From the NCBI RefSeq assembly GCF_050920415.1, contig NZ_CP169309.1: a stretch of 64,000 nucleotides of DNA. The stretch is one strand, 5' to 3'. The position numbers and the translations under genes were made by a program. Positions within the stretch are counted from its first letter, which is position 1. Each line of letters starts with the position of its first letter. Below the pieces are notes generated by a model. That model did not search any database. It was not told the origin of the DNA and saw nothing but the letters and a program-made list of their open reading frames with translations. Source of the stretch: Escherichia coli (GTDB lineage: Bacteria > Pseudomonadota > Gammaproteobacteria > Enterobacterales > Enterobacteriaceae). Shown here piece by piece: positions 1-16,498 of the stretch.

Positions 1-1081
1 TTAACCCTCTACAGAATAACAACAACTTCAAAGGGCGTAATGTTATTGTAATCTTTGCTGAGGGATTTTCATCGGAGATTATTGGTAATTCAAAAATGGC
101 GCATTTTCCAATTACGCCTAATTTAGATAAGTTATCTACTGAAGCACTAAGTTTTAAAAATTATTATAACCATACAGCAGTAACCTTTCGAGGTTTAAGA
201 GGCCAGTTAACTTCTGGCTATCAATTTCGTGATGGGTTAACTGATGCTGGTACTGGTATTGCACAATTATCTAACGTAGAAATTAATAATATTTATCTTC
301 ATCGTCAAACATCTTTGCCGAATATATTGAAAGAGTATGGCTATAAAAGTTATTTTATAGCGTCTACAGAAAAAATAGCCCACTCAACACTATGTTGAAA
401 ACGCTTAATTTTGATAAAGTTCTTGGTATGGGAGATTTTATTGGTTATCAACGCGACAGAATGACTGATAAGCAAACATTTAATGCACTGCAATATTTTT
501 TACGTTCTCAAGAAAATAAAAACGAACGCTTTTTTATTGGTGTGTACCCATCTGGTACTCATCATGGTCAAGATAGTCCAAATGAAAAATATTTTGATGG
601 TAGCAATCCTCTCTACAATAAATTCTATAACTATGATTTTCAGTTGGGGAAGTTTGTTGATTTTTTTCGGCGCAGTTCATTTTATGGCAATACGTTGTTG
701 ATAATTACATCGGATCATTCTACATTTCCTTCGACAGAATATAAGAAATCATTTAACAGCGATTCTCGTTATTTTGTGGACAAAATACCATTTCTGATCA
801 TTGGGAAAAATATTACGCCTGAAGTTTTAGATGCAGGAGGTGAAAATTCTTTAAGTTTCGCGCCAACAATATTGCACATGTTAGGGATTCAGTATTCAAT
901 GAATTATTTTTTGGGGTGTTCTCTTTTTGATAAGACGTGCACATCACCATTCTCACATCTTTCTGCTATTGGTAGTGATTATTTCAATACAGGCAAAGAA
1001 AATCATGTTGAACTAATTCAAAATAATAGTGGTAATGAATTAATAAAATTAGCCGAACGTTTTTATAACATTAGTGGCTAA
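1..1081 (+). pseudogene. Sulfatase/alkaline-phosphatase-superfamily protein, 5'-partial at the window edge and apparently frameshifted near 392-398. It is the last gene of an O-antigen cluster and is LTA-synthase/phosphoglycerol-transferase-like.
   Basis: The frame is open from nt 3 and reads NVIVIFAEGFSSEIIG, a sulfatase N-terminal motif. A second ORF at 392-1081 in another frame carries ITSDHSTFP. The region is very AT-rich (about 30% GC) and lies immediately upstream of gnd. Confidence 0.5.
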
Positions 1082-1215
1082 ATATAAAAATGTACAAGTT
1101 ACAAGCAATTTCCTAATTAGGAAATATATGACTGTAAAAGAAGATATAAATTAAGCTATTCTTTATCTTCAATAAGCCGCAACCCCGCGGTGATCACCCC
1201 TGACAGGAGTAAACA

Positions 1216-2622
1216 ATGTCAAAGCAACAGATTGGCGTAGTCGGTATGGCAGTGATGGGGCGCAACCTTGCGCTCAACATCGAAAGCCGTGGTTATACCG
1301 TCTCTATTTTCAACCGTTCCCGTGAGAAGACGGAAGAAGTGATTGCCGAAAATCCAGGCAAAAAACTGGTTCCTTACTATACGGTGAAAGAGTTTGTTGA
1401 ATCTCTGGAAACGCCTCGTCGCATCCTGTTAATGGTGAAAGCAGGTGCAGGCACGGATGCTGCTATTGATTCCCTCAAGCCATACCTCGATAAAGGTGAC
1501 ATCATCATTGATGGTGGTAATACCTTCTTCCAGGACACCATTCGTCGTAACCGTGAGCTTTCTGCCGAAGGCTTTAACTTTATCGGTACCGGTGTCTCCG
1601 GTGGTGAAGAAGGTGCGCTGAAAGGTCCTTCCATTATGCCTGGTGGCCAGAAAGAAGCCTATGAACTGGTTGCACCGATCCTGACCAAAATCGCCGCCGT
1701 TGCTGAAGACGGCGAGCCATGCGTTACCTATATTGGTGCCGATGGTGCTGGCCACTATGTGAAGATGGTTCATAACGGTATTGAATACGGCGATATGCAG
1801 CTGATTGCTGAAGCCTATTCACTGCTTAAAGGTGGCCTGAGCCTCACCAACGAAGAACTGGCTCAGACCTTTACCGAGTGGAATAACGGTGAACTAAGCA
1901 GCTACCTGATCGACATCACCAAAGATATCTTCACCAAAAAAGATGAAGACGGTAACTACCTGGTTGATGTGATTTTGGATGAAGCAGCAAACAAAGGTAC
2001 AGGCAAATGGACCAGCCAGAGTGCGCTAGATCTCGGCGAACCGCTGTCGCTGATTACCGAGTCTGTGTTTGCACGTTATATCTCTTCTCTGAAAGATCAG
2101 CGTGTTGCCGCATCTAAAGTTCTCTCTGGCCCGCAAGGACAGCCAGCAGGCGACAAGGCTGAGTTCATCGAAAAAGTTCGCCGTGCGCTGTATCTTGGCA
2201 AAATCGTTTCTTACGCTCAGGGCTTCTCTCAGCTGCGTGCTGCGTCTGAAGAGTACAACTGGGATCTGAACTACGGCGAAATCGCGAAGATTTTCCGTGC
2301 TGGCTGCATCATTCGTGCGCAGTTCCTGCAGAAAATCACCGATGCTTATGCCGAAAATCCGCAGATCGCTAACCTGTTGCTGGCTCCTTACTTCAAGCAA
2401 ATTGCCGATGACTACCAGCAGGCGCTGCGTGATGTCGTTGCTTATGCAGTACAAAATGGTATCCCGGTTCCGACCTTCGCTGCTGCGGTTGCCTATTATG
2501 ATAGCTACCGTGCCGCTGTTTTGCCTGCGAACCTGATCCAGGCACAGCGTGACTATTTCGGTGCGCATACTTATAAGCGCATTGATAAAGAAGGTGTGTT
2601 CCATACCGAATGGCTGGATTAA
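1216..2622 (+). CDS. gnd: 6-phosphogluconate dehydrogenase (decarboxylating).
   Basis: The 468-aa product starts [27 protein letters not shown], ends TEWLD, and is full length. Confidence 0.97.
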   Translation: MSKQQIGVVGMAVMGRNLALNIESRGYTVSIFNRSREKTEEVIAENPGKKLVPYYTVKEFVESLETPRRILLMVKAGAGTDAAIDSLKPYLDKGDIIIDGGNTFFQDTIRRNRELSAEGFNFIGTGVSGGEEGALKGPSIMPGGQKEAYELVAPILTKIAAVAEDGEPCVTYIGADGAGHYVKMVHNGIEYGDMQLIAEAYSLLKGGLSLTNEELAQTFTEWNNGELSSYLIDITKDIFTKKDEDGNYLVDVILDEAANKGTGKWTSQSALDLGEPLSLITESVFARYISSLKDQRVAASKVLSGPQGQPAGDKAEFIEKVRRALYLGKIVSYAQGFSQLRAASEEYNWDLNYGEIAKIFRAGCIIRAQFLQKITDAYAENPQIANLLLAPYFKQIADDYQQALRDVVAYAVQNGIPVPTFAAAVAYYDSYRAAVLPANLIQAQRDYFGAHTYKRIDKEGVFHTEWLD

Positions 2623-2647
2623 TCTGATTTAACCAACAATAAATTGA

Positions 2648-2678
2648 AGCCCGGCGTGTATTGCGCCGGTTTTTTTTT
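2648..2678 (+). terminator. gnd rho-independent terminator.
   Basis: The GC hairpin gcccggcg...cgccggt is followed by T9. Confidence 0.6.
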
Positions 2679-2859
2679 GCCGATTATCTTATAGACTAAA
2701 TTTCACTGCTTAATATTAACTTAATAAATATCAGCTATTCTTATAAAGAAAATCTGAATTGTTTTTTGTTGCGTTGACCATCTGACAACGTAGCGTTAAA
2801 ACTTTTAGCTCTTATCAGGATGCTAAAAACATCATGATTCACAGTTAAGTTAATTCTGA

Positions 2860-4035
<1,176 letters not shown>

Positions 4036-4178
4036 CATCCTGTTATCAGGGCGATTTTCGCCCTGATTCTCTCATGTTCCCTTTGTAATAATTCATTATT
4101 TTTATCATTTATCCTATAGCATTCATGGCGATTATCGCTAAACTATGGCGACTTAAAATTATTTCGTCCGTTAGGGTA

Positions 4179-5159
4179 ATGATGAGAGTAGAAAATAATA
4201 ATGTTTCTGGGCAAAACCATGACCCGGAACAGATTGATTTGATTGATTTACTGGTCCAACTATGGCGTGGCAAGATGACAATCATCATTTCTGTCATTGT
4301 GGCTATAGCTCTGGCTATTGGATATTTGGCAGTAGCGAAGGAGAAATGGACGTCAACAGCAATTATCACTCAGCCCGATGTGGGGCAAATTGCTGGCTAT
4401 AACAATGCCATGAATGTTATCTATGGTCAGGCTGCACCGAAAGTATCGGATTTGCAGGAGACGTTAATTGGTCGCTTCAGTTCTGCCTTCTCTGCATTAG
4501 CAGAAACGCTGGATAATCAGGAAGAACCAGAAAAACTTACCATCGAACCTTCTGTTAAGAACCAGCAATTACCATTGACTGTTTCTTATGTTGGGCAAAC
4601 TGCAGAGGGCGCACAAATGAAGTTGGCCCAATACATTCAGCAAGTTGACGATAAAGTGAATCAAGAGCTAGAAAAGGATCTCAAGGACAACATTGCTCTG
4701 GGACGGAAAAACTTGCAGGACTCTTTAAGAACACAGGAAGTGGTTGCGCAGGAACAGAAAGATCTGCGTATCCGTCAGATTCAGGAAGCGTTGCAGTATG
4801 CGAATCAGGCGCAGGTGACAAAGCCACAAGTTCAGCAGACTGAAGATGTGACACAAGATACGTTGTTCCTTTTGGGGAGCGAAGCGCTGGAGTCGATGAT
4901 TAAGCACGAGGCGACCCGTCCGTTGGTGTTCTCGCCAAACTACTATCAGACTCGTCAAAACCTGCTGGATATCGAAAACTTAAAGGTTGATGATCTTGAT
5001 ATTCATGCTTACCGTTATGTGATGAAACCGACGTTACCTATTCGTCGCGATAGCCCGAAAAAGGCAATTACCTTGATTCTGGCGGTGCTGCTGGGCGGCA
5101 TGGTTGGCGCGGGGATTGTGCTGGGGCGTAACGCGCTGCGTAATTACAACGCGAAATAA
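4179..5159 (+). CDS. wzzB: O-antigen chain-length determinant (polysaccharide co-polymerase 1).
   Basis: The sequence MMRVENNNVSGQNHDPEQIDLIDLLVQLWRGK... has two transmembrane segments with a coiled-coil periplasmic domain. The upstream M in the ORF track is judged to be an extension. Confidence 0.9.
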   Translation: MMRVENNNVSGQNHDPEQIDLIDLLVQLWRGKMTIIISVIVAIALAIGYLAVAKEKWTSTAIITQPDVGQIAGYNNAMNVIYGQAAPKVSDLQETLIGRFSSAFSALAETLDNQEEPEKLTIEPSVKNQQLPLTVSYVGQTAEGAQMKLAQYIQQVDDKVNQELEKDLKDNIALGRKNLQDSLRTQEVVAQEQKDLRIRQIQEALQYANQAQVTKPQVQQTEDVTQDTLFLLGSEALESMIKHEATRPLVFSPNYYQTRQNLLDIENLKVDDLDIHAYRYVMKPTLPIRRDSPKKAITLILAVLLGGMVGAGIVLGRNALRNYNAK

Positions 5160-5180
5160 TATTATTGTGCATTTAAGAGA

Positions 5181-5215
5181 AACGGGCAGGGTGGTGACAC
5201 CATGCCCGTTTTTTT
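5181..5215 (+). terminator. wzzB terminator.
   Basis: The hairpin aacgggcagggtggtgacaccatgcccgtt is followed by T8. Confidence 0.6.
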
Positions 5216-5216
5216 T

Positions 5217-5253
5217 GCCGGATGCGATGCTGGCGCATCTTATCCGGCCTACG
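5217..5253. repeat. REP (repetitive extragenic palindrome) element.
   Basis: The sequence gccggatgcgatgctggcgcatcttatccggcctacg matches the REP consensus. Confidence 0.5.
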
Positions 5254-5344
5254 TGTGTTGAGATAATGTGTAGGCACGATAAGCTTGCGCATCGGGCAAT
5301 GGCTCCGGGTGTGACAACAACATCACACCTGCTCAGCCCGCAAC

Positions 5345-5949
5345 TCACTGATGCCGTTTACGCAGGTTCTCAATTACCGTCGTTAAATCCAGATCCTGAT
5401 CCTGCAACAGCACCAGCAGGTGATACATCAAATCAGACGCCTCGTTGGTCAGCTCAAAGCGGTCATGTACCGTTGCTGCCAGTGCGGTTTCCACGCCTTC
5501 TTCGCCCACTTTCTGCGCAATGCGTTTAGTGCCGCTGGCATACAGTTTGGCGGTGTAAGAGGTTTCCGGGTCGGCAGATTTCCGTTCGGCGAGCAGTTGT
5601 TCCAGTTGATACAGGAACAGCCACTGGTGAGCGGTGTTGCCGAAGCAGCTGTTGGTGCCTTTGTGGCAGGTCGGGCCGATGGGATTCGCCAGCACCAGCA
5701 ATGTGTCGTTGTCGCAGTCCGGCGCAATGCTCACTACGTCGAGGAAATTGCCGGACGTTTCACCTTTGGTCCACAGTCGCTGTTTAGTGCGCGAGAAGAA
5801 GGTGACTTTGCCGCTTTCGATGGTTTTGTCCAGAGCTTCCGGATTCATATAGCCCAGCATTAGCACTTCGCCGGATACCGCGTGTTGAACAATTACCGGC
5901 ATCAATCCGTCGGTTTTTTCCCAGTCCAGTTCGCGACGTTGTTGTTCTG

Positions 5950-5956
<7 letters not shown>
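5345..5956 (-). CDS. hisI: Bifunctional phosphoribosyl-AMP cyclohydrolase / phosphoribosyl-ATP pyrophosphatase.
   Basis: The 203-aa product starts [25 protein letters not shown]. Confidence 0.95.
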
Positions 5957-8034
<2,078 letters not shown>

Positions 8035-8035
<1 letters not shown>

Positions 8036-9101
8036 TACAGCACTCCTTTAGACGAGGGCAGGGTATCGCCTTCCACGCGGATGGCCTGGCGCAGGGTGCG
8101 ACCAAAAGCTTTGAACAGGCTCTCTACACGGTGGTGATCATTTTTACCTTTGGTTTTCAGGTGCAGGGTCACGCCCATGGTGTATGAGAGCGAACGGAAG
8201 AAGTGCTCGATCATTTCGGTGCTGAGATCGCCTACACGCTGGTAGGTAAACTCGGCTTTATATTCCAGGTGCGGGCGACCAGAGATATCCAGCGCGCAGC
8301 GGGCAAGACATTCGTCCATCGGCAGCACAAAACCGAAGCGGCAAATACCGCGTTTGTCGCCAAGAGCTATTTTTAACGCTTCGCCCAGCGCCAGACCGGT
8401 ATCTTCGACAGTGTGGTGATCGTCGATATAGAGGTCGCCTTTAACGTTGATTTCCATCCGGAAGCCGCCGTGGGTAGCAATCTGATCCAGCATGTGATCA
8501 AAGAAGCCAACGCCGGTGTTAATCTTGCTGCCGCCTTCGCGATCCAGCCACACCTGAACGTCAATCTGCGTCTCTTTGGTATTACGCACTACGTGAGCGT
8601 AACGATCGCGTTTAGTGAGCTGTTCGCCAATCATTGGCCAGTTCAGGGTTTCGCGGTCGTAGCGTAAACCATTAATGCCCATGTTTTCCGCCAGTTGAAT
8701 ATCGGTCGCGCGATCGCCAATTACATAACTGTTAGCGCGATCCATCGCTTGCTCAGCCAGGTAACGTTCCACCAGTTTTACTTTCGGCTTACGGCAGTCG
8801 CACTCATCGGCGGGCAAGTGCGGGCAAATCAGCACTTCATCAAACTGCACGCCTTGCGAGGTGAAGATCTGCATCATCAGATTGTGCGGGCCATCGAAAT
8901 CCGCCTGCGGGAAACTTTGTGTTCCCAGACCATCCTGATTAGTGATCATCACCAGCTTGTAGCCCGCTTTTTGCAGCCTCAGCAGTTCCGGGATCACGCC
9001 CGGTTCAAAGGCGAGTTTGTCAAAACGGTCCACCTGAAAATCACTCGGCGGTTCGCTAATCAGGGTTCCATCGCGATCAATAAAAAGATACTTCTGACTC
9101 A

Positions 9102-9102
<1 letters not shown>
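8035..9102 (-). CDS. hisB: Histidinol-phosphatase / imidazoleglycerol-phosphate dehydratase.
   Basis: The product starts [19 protein letters not shown] and is about 355 aa. Confidence 0.93.
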
Positions 9103-11473
<2,371 letters not shown>

Positions 11474-11478
11474 GGCGA

Positions 11479-12378
11479 TCACTCCATCATCTTCTCAATC
11501 GGCAGGACCAGGATTGAACTGGCACCCAGCGCTTTCAGTTTTTCCATCGTTTCCCAGAACAGGGTTTCGCTGCTGACCATGTGCATCGCTACGCGCTGTT
11601 GATCACCCGCCAGCGGTAGAATGGTTGGGCGTTCGGCACCTGGCAGCAGGGCGATGACTTCATCCAGTCGGTCGGTTGGTGCGTGCATCATGATGTATTT
11701 TGATTCGCGCGCCTGGATCACGCCCTGAATACGCGTCAGCAGTTTGTCGATCAGTTGCTGTTTGGATTCTTCCATTTCGCCATCGCGTTGGATCAGGCAG
11801 GCTTTCGAGCGGTAGATAACTTCGACTTCGCGCAGGCCGTTAGCTTCCAGCGTGGCACCGGTGGAAACCAGATCGCAAATCGCATCCGCCAGTCCGGCGC
11901 GCGGCGCAACTTCGACAGAACCGTTCAGTAAGCAGGATTTAAAAGAGATGCCTTTCTGATCGAGATAACGCTTGAGCAGGTGAGGATAAGAGGTGGCGAT
12001 ACGTTTACCGTTTAAGGAGAGCGGGCCGTCCCAGGCTTCATCAACCGGCGTTGCCAGCGAAAGGCGGCAGCCGCCGAAATCCAGACGACGCAGGGTAAAG
12101 TAGCGAGGATCTTCACCCTGGGCGCGGCGGTTAAGCAGCTCTTCTTCCAGCACGTTTTCGCCGATAATCCCAAGGTCAACCACGCCGTCCATTACCAGAC
12201 CGGGAATGTCGTCGTCACGCACGCGCAGAATATCAATCGGCATGTTTTCTGCCATCGCGATCAGGCGCTGGGTGTGAAGATTAATTTTAATGCCGCAGCG
12301 CGCCAGTAATTCGCGTGAGTCATCACTTAAACGGCCGGATTTCTGCATAGCTATGCGTAAACGAGTGTTGTCTGTCAT
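11479..12378 (-). CDS. hisG: ATP phosphoribosyltransferase.
   Basis: The product starts [25 protein letters not shown] and is 299 aa. The upstream ORF extension is rejected. Confidence 0.93.
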   Translation of the reverse strand: MTDNTRLRIAMQKSGRLSDDSRELLARCGIKINLHTQRLIAMAENMPIDILRVRDDDIPGLVMDGVVDLGIIGENVLEEELLNRRAQGEDPRYFTLRRLDFGGCRLSLATPVDEAWDGPLSLNGKRIATSYPHLLKRYLDQKGISFKSCLLNGSVEVAPRAGLADAICDLVSTGATLEANGLREVEVIYRSKACLIQRDGEMEESKQQLIDKLLTRIQGVIQARESKYIMMHAPTDRLDEVIALLPGAERPTILPLAGDQQRVAMHMVSSETLFWETMEKLKALGASSILVLPIEKMME

Positions 12379-12423
12379 TTTCTTATTCCTCTTTAAACCT
12401 GTCTGAACCGTTATCAACCGCGC

Positions 12424-12460
12424 AATAAAAAAGCCCCCGGAAGGTGATCTTCCGGGGGCT
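12424..12460 (-). terminator. his attenuator terminator hairpin.
   Basis: On the minus strand the hairpin agcccccggaag(gatcac)cttccgggggct is followed by a U-run, between hisL and hisG. Confidence 0.7.
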
Positions 12461-12523
12461 TTCTCATACGTTCATGCACCACTGGAAGATCTGAATGTCT
12501 TCCAGCACACATCGCCTGAAAGA

Positions 12524-12574
12524 CTAGTCAGGATGATGGTGATGATGGTGGTGTTTAAATTGAACGCGTGTCAT
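12524..12574 (-). CDS. hisL: his operon leader peptide, MTRVQFKHHHHHHHPD.
   Basis: Read from the minus strand, it is ATG then seven consecutive His codons, then Pro-Asp-stop. The plus strand shows gatgatggtgatgatggtggtg. Confidence 0.85.
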   Translation of the reverse strand: MTRVQFKHHHHHHHPD

Positions 12575-12797
12575 AAAAGTCTCTGTGAATGTTTATTCAA
12601 CTGATGTCTTTTAACCTAAACCACTTTCACGTTAGAAAGCAAGGGCTTTTTTATATATTTTATGGCGATGGATTTGTTTAATGAATGAGCGGGGAAAGGA
12701 GAGGGCCAGGAGTGGCTACGTTAAAAAAGTAATCGTGAAAATATGTCTTTAAAACCCTCAAGAACATTGTGTTCTGTAACTAAAGTGGGCTTGGTTC

Positions 12798-12838
12798 CTG
12801 CCGGATGCGGCGTGAATGCCTTATCTGGTCTACAAATG
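12798..12838. repeat. REP element.
   Basis: The sequence ctgccggatgcggcgtgaatgccttatctggtctac matches the REP consensus. Confidence 0.45.
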
Positions 12839-13000
12839 TTGCCTAAATTCAATATATTGATGTTTTTGTAGGACTGATAAGCGGAGCGCATCAGGCAATT
12901 GTATATTTGCTAACAGTTTCGATTTCATTCATAGAATGAATTGTCAGTTTTGATACGCTAGCGTAGCCTTATAGATCTAAGGTGTATCAGGAGATAACGG

Positions 13001-13825
13001 ATGAAAAAGGTCGCAATTGTCGGGTTAGGGTGGTTAGGTATGCCGCTAGCGATGTCACTTTCAGCGCGAGGCTGGCAAGTCACCGGGAGTAAAACCACAC
13101 AAGATGGCGTCGAAGCGGCCCGAATGAGTGGCATTGATAGTTATCTGCTTCGCATGGAACCTGAGTTAGTTTGCGATTCTGACGATCTGGATGCCCTGAT
13201 GGATGCTGATGCGCTGGTCATCACGCTTCCGGCACGTCGTAGCGGCCCCGGCGATGAGTTCTATTTACAAGCGGTACAAGAGTTAGTGGATAGTGCGCTG
13301 GCTCATCATATTCCCCGCATTATTTTTACCAGCTCAACGTCTGTCTATGGCGACGCACAAGGCACCGTTAAAGAAACGACCCCGCGTAATCCGGTGACCA
13401 ACAGTGGACGAGTATTAAAAGAACTTGAAGACTGGCTGCACAATTTACCCGGTACTTCAGTCGATATTCTGCGTCTTGCGGGCCTGGTCGGGCCGGAACG
13501 TCATCCTGGTCGCTTTTTTGCCGGAAAAACCGCGCCTGATGGTGAACATGGTGTCAATTTAGTCCATTTAGAAGATGTTATTGGCGCTATCACCCTGTTG
13601 TTACAGGCACCTAAAGGCGGACACATCTATAATATATGTGCGCCAGCTCACCCTGCGCGTAATGTTTTCTATCCGCAGATGGCCCGTTTACTGGGACTGG
13701 AACCTCCGCAGTTCAGAAATAGTCTGGACAGCGGCAAAGGTAAGATTATTGATGGCAGTCGGATTTGTAATGAACTGGGATTTGAATACCAGTATCCCGA
13801 TCCGCTGGTAATGCCGCTGGAGTAA
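13001..13825 (+). CDS. yeeZ: NAD-dependent epimerase/dehydratase family protein.
   Basis: The 274-aa product starts MKKVAIVGLGWLGMPLAMSL (Rossmann fold). Confidence 0.85.
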   Translation: MKKVAIVGLGWLGMPLAMSLSARGWQVTGSKTTQDGVEAARMSGIDSYLLRMEPELVCDSDDLDALMDADALVITLPARRSGPGDEFYLQAVQELVDSALAHHIPRIIFTSSTSVYGDAQGTVKETTPRNPVTNSGRVLKELEDWLHNLPGTSVDILRLAGLVGPERHPGRFFAGKTAPDGEHGVNLVHLEDVIGAITLLLQAPKGGHIYNICAPAHPARNVFYPQMARLLGLEPPQFRNSLDSGKGKIIDGSRICNELGFEYQYPDPLVMPLE

Positions 13826-13870
13826 ACGATCACGCCAGCAGGACGCCGCATGCACTGCAAGGGGGCGTGT

Positions 13871-14800
13871 ATGAAACCACTGCTGGATGTGTTGATGATC
13901 CTCGATGCCTTAGAAAAAGAAGGCAGTTTTGCGGCGGCGTCGGCCAAACTCTATAAGACGCCGTCTGCTCTGAGTTACACCGTTCACAAGCTGGAAAGCG
14001 ACCTTAATATTCAATTGCTTGATCGTAGCGGTCACCGCGCAAAATTCACCCGCACCGGAAAAATGTTATTAGAGAAGGGGCGGGAAGTTCTGCATACCGT
14101 GCGAGAACTGGAAAAACAGGCGATAAAACTGCATGAAGGCTGGGAAAACGAGCTGGTGATTGGCGTGGACGACACGTTTCCTTTTTCTCTGCTTGCGCCA
14201 CTCATTGAAGCTTTTTATCAACATCATAGCGTGACGCGCCTGAAGTTTATCAATGGCGTACTCGGTGGTTCATGGGATGCCCTGACTCAGGGGCGAGCGG
14301 ATATTATTGTTGGCGCGATGCATGAGCCACCATCTTCCAGTGAGTTTGGTTTCTCACGGTTGGGCGATCTTGAACAAGTCTTTGCGGTCGCGCCCCATCA
14401 TCCGTTAGCCCAGGAAGAAGAACCGTTAAACCGTCGTATCATTAAGCGATATAGGGCGATTGTGGTAGGGGATACTGCGCAGGCAGGCGCTTCTACGGCC
14501 TCGCAACTTCTCGACGAACAAGAAGCCATTACCGTTTTCGATTTTAAAACCAAGCTGGAGCTGCAAATTAGCGGCCTCGGCTGCGGCTATTTACCCCGTT
14601 ATCTGGCACAACGTTTTCTCGATAGTGGCGCGTTAATCGAGAAGAAAGTGGTCGCCCAAACTCTCTTTGAACCTGTCTGGATTGGCTGGAACGAACAGAC
14701 CGCAGGACTTGCCAGCGCCTGGTGGCGAGACGAGATTTTAGCAAATAGTGCGATCGCCGGTGTTTATGCAAAATCTGATGACGGAAAATCAGCCATTTAA
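13871..14800 (+). CDS. yeeY: LysR-family transcriptional regulator.
   Basis: The product starts MKPLLDVLMILDALEKEGSFAAASAKLYKTPSALSYTV, a LysR helix-turn-helix. Confidence 0.85.
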   Translation: MKPLLDVLMILDALEKEGSFAAASAKLYKTPSALSYTVHKLESDLNIQLLDRSGHRAKFTRTGKMLLEKGREVLHTVRELEKQAIKLHEGWENELVIGVDDTFPFSLLAPLIEAFYQHHSVTRLKFINGVLGGSWDALTQGRADIIVGAMHEPPSSSEFGFSRLGDLEQVFAVAPHHPLAQEEEPLNRRIIKRYRAIVVGDTAQAGASTASQLLDEQEAITVFDFKTKLELQISGLGCGYLPRYLAQRFLDSGALIEKKVVAQTLFEPVWIGWNEQTAGLASAWWRDEILANSAIAGVYAKSDDGKSAI

Positions 14801-15066
14801 AGAAAAATTATTATGACAAGCCTCTCATTCTCTTGTCATTTCCCCCCCATTTAGGCACAATGCGCCGCTGTCAAAAAATGACTAAAAACCGACGTTTAAT
14901 TAGCGTCGGTTATTTTTTGCTTCAAACCAATCATTCATACCAAGAGGCCGGGCTTCGTACCGGATAGATATTTACTAAAAATCGACAGTTGTTGTCGCTG
15001 AGGAATCCAAAAAAATGGGGCAATTTTTTGCTTACGCGACGGTTATTACCGTAAAGGAGAATGACC

Positions 15067-16425
15067 ATGTCGCATAACGTTACTCCAAACACCTCTCGCG
15101 TGGAATTGCGTAAAACGCTTACGTTAGTTCCGGTTGTAATGATGGGTCTTGCCTATATGCAGCCGATGACGCTGTTTGATACATTTGGTATCGTTTCAGG
15201 CCTCACGGATGGTCATGTGCCGACAGCCTATGCGTTCGCATTGATTGCGATCCTGTTTACGGCTCTGAGCTACGGGAAGCTGGTTCGCCGCTATCCTTCT
15301 GCTGGCTCTGCATACACTTACGCCCAGAAATCCATTAGCCCGACCGTCGGCTTTATGGTGGGTTGGTCTTCTCTGCTCGACTATCTGTTCGCGCCGATGA
15401 TCAACATTCTGCTGGCGAAAATCTATTTTGAAGCTCTGGTGCCTTCCATCCCATCGTGGATGTTTGTGGTGGCGCTGGTGGCCTTTATGACCGCCTTTAA
15501 CCTGCGTAGTCTGAAATCCGTAGCGAACTTCAACACCGTCATCGTGGTGTTGCAGGTAGTGCTGATCGCGGTGATTCTGGGCATGGTTGTTTATGGCGTA
15601 TTTGAAGGTGAAGGCGCTGGTACGCTGGCGAGCACTCGTCCGTTCTGGTCTGGCGATGCGCATGTTATTCCGATGATTACCGGGGCGACAATCCTGTGCT
15701 TCTCCTTTACCGGCTTTGACGGCATCAGCAACCTGTCGGAAGAAACCAAAGATGCAGAGCGCGTGATCCCGCGTGCGATTTTCCTGACCGCGCTGATCGG
15801 CGGCATGATCTTCATCTTTGCAACTTACTTCCTGCAACTGTATTTCCCGGATATCTCTCGCTTTAAAGATCCGGATGCGTCACAGCCTGAAATCATGCTG
15901 TACGTTGCGGGTAAAGCGTTCCAGGTTGGCGCGCTGATCTTCTCCACCATTACCGTACTGGCGTCCGGTATGGCGGCGCACGCAGGCGTGGCGCGTCTGA
16001 TGTACGTAATGGGTCGTGACGGCGTATTCCCGAAAAGCTTCTTCGGTTATGTGCACCCGAAATGGCGTACTCCGGCAATGAACATCATCCTGGTTGGCGC
16101 GATTGCTCTGCTGGCAATCAACTTCGACCTGGTAATGGCTACGGCGCTGATTAACTTTGGTGCGCTGGTGGCGTTCACCTTCGTTAACCTGTCGGTTATC
16201 TCGCAGTTCTGGATCCGTGAGAAGCGTAACAAGACGCTGAAAGATCACTTCCAGTATCTGTTCCTGCCGATGTGTGGTGCGCTGACTGTAGGTGCGCTGT
16301 GGGTTAACCTGGAAGAAAGCTCAATGGTTCTGGGGCTGATCTGGGCGGCAATCGGTCTGATTTACCTGGCTTGCGTCACCAAGAGCTTCCGTAACCCGGT
16401 TCCGCAGTACGAAGACGTTGCATAA
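15067..16425 (+). CDS. plaP: Putrescine importer (APC-superfamily amino-acid permease).
   Basis: The product starts [18 protein letters not shown], is about 452 aa and has 12 transmembrane segments. Confidence 0.9.
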   Translation: MSHNVTPNTSRVELRKTLTLVPVVMMGLAYMQPMTLFDTFGIVSGLTDGHVPTAYAFALIAILFTALSYGKLVRRYPSAGSAYTYAQKSISPTVGFMVGWSSLLDYLFAPMINILLAKIYFEALVPSIPSWMFVVALVAFMTAFNLRSLKSVANFNTVIVVLQVVLIAVILGMVVYGVFEGEGAGTLASTRPFWSGDAHVIPMITGATILCFSFTGFDGISNLSEETKDAERVIPRAIFLTALIGGMIFIFATYFLQLYFPDISRFKDPDASQPEIMLYVAGKAFQVGALIFSTITVLASGMAAHAGVARLMYVMGRDGVFPKSFFGYVHPKWRTPAMNIILVGAIALLAINFDLVMATALINFGALVAFTFVNLSVISQFWIREKRNKTLKDHFQYLFLPMCGALTVGALWVNLEESSMVLGLIWAAIGLIYLACVTKSFRNPVPQYEDVA

Positions 16426-16463
16426 TCTTACAAGCCGGATGACATAATCATCCGGTAAATCTC

Positions 16464-16496
16464 AAAAAGCCGGAGTTTGTCGCTCCGGCTTTTTTG
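16464..16496. terminator. Bidirectional terminator between the convergent genes plaP and sbcB.
   Basis: The hairpin aaaaagccggag...ctccggctttttt has A and T runs on both sides. Confidence 0.55.
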
Positions 16497-16498
16497 TT

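Noticed and set aside
4125-4178. Upstream in-frame start codons extending several genes: wzzB at 4125, hisG, hisD, amn at 34692, yeeO at 29754, yeeJ at 45770, sbcB, hprR at 60087 and yodB.
   Set aside because: The extensions lack ribosome-binding sites. They overlap tRNA genes or terminators, or they disagree with the conserved N-termini of the families. Internal Met codons with proper spacing were used instead.
12531-12555. The simple-sequence repeat gatgatggtgatgatggtggtg.
   Set aside because: It is not a microsatellite. It is the reverse complement of the seven consecutive His codons of the hisL leader peptide.
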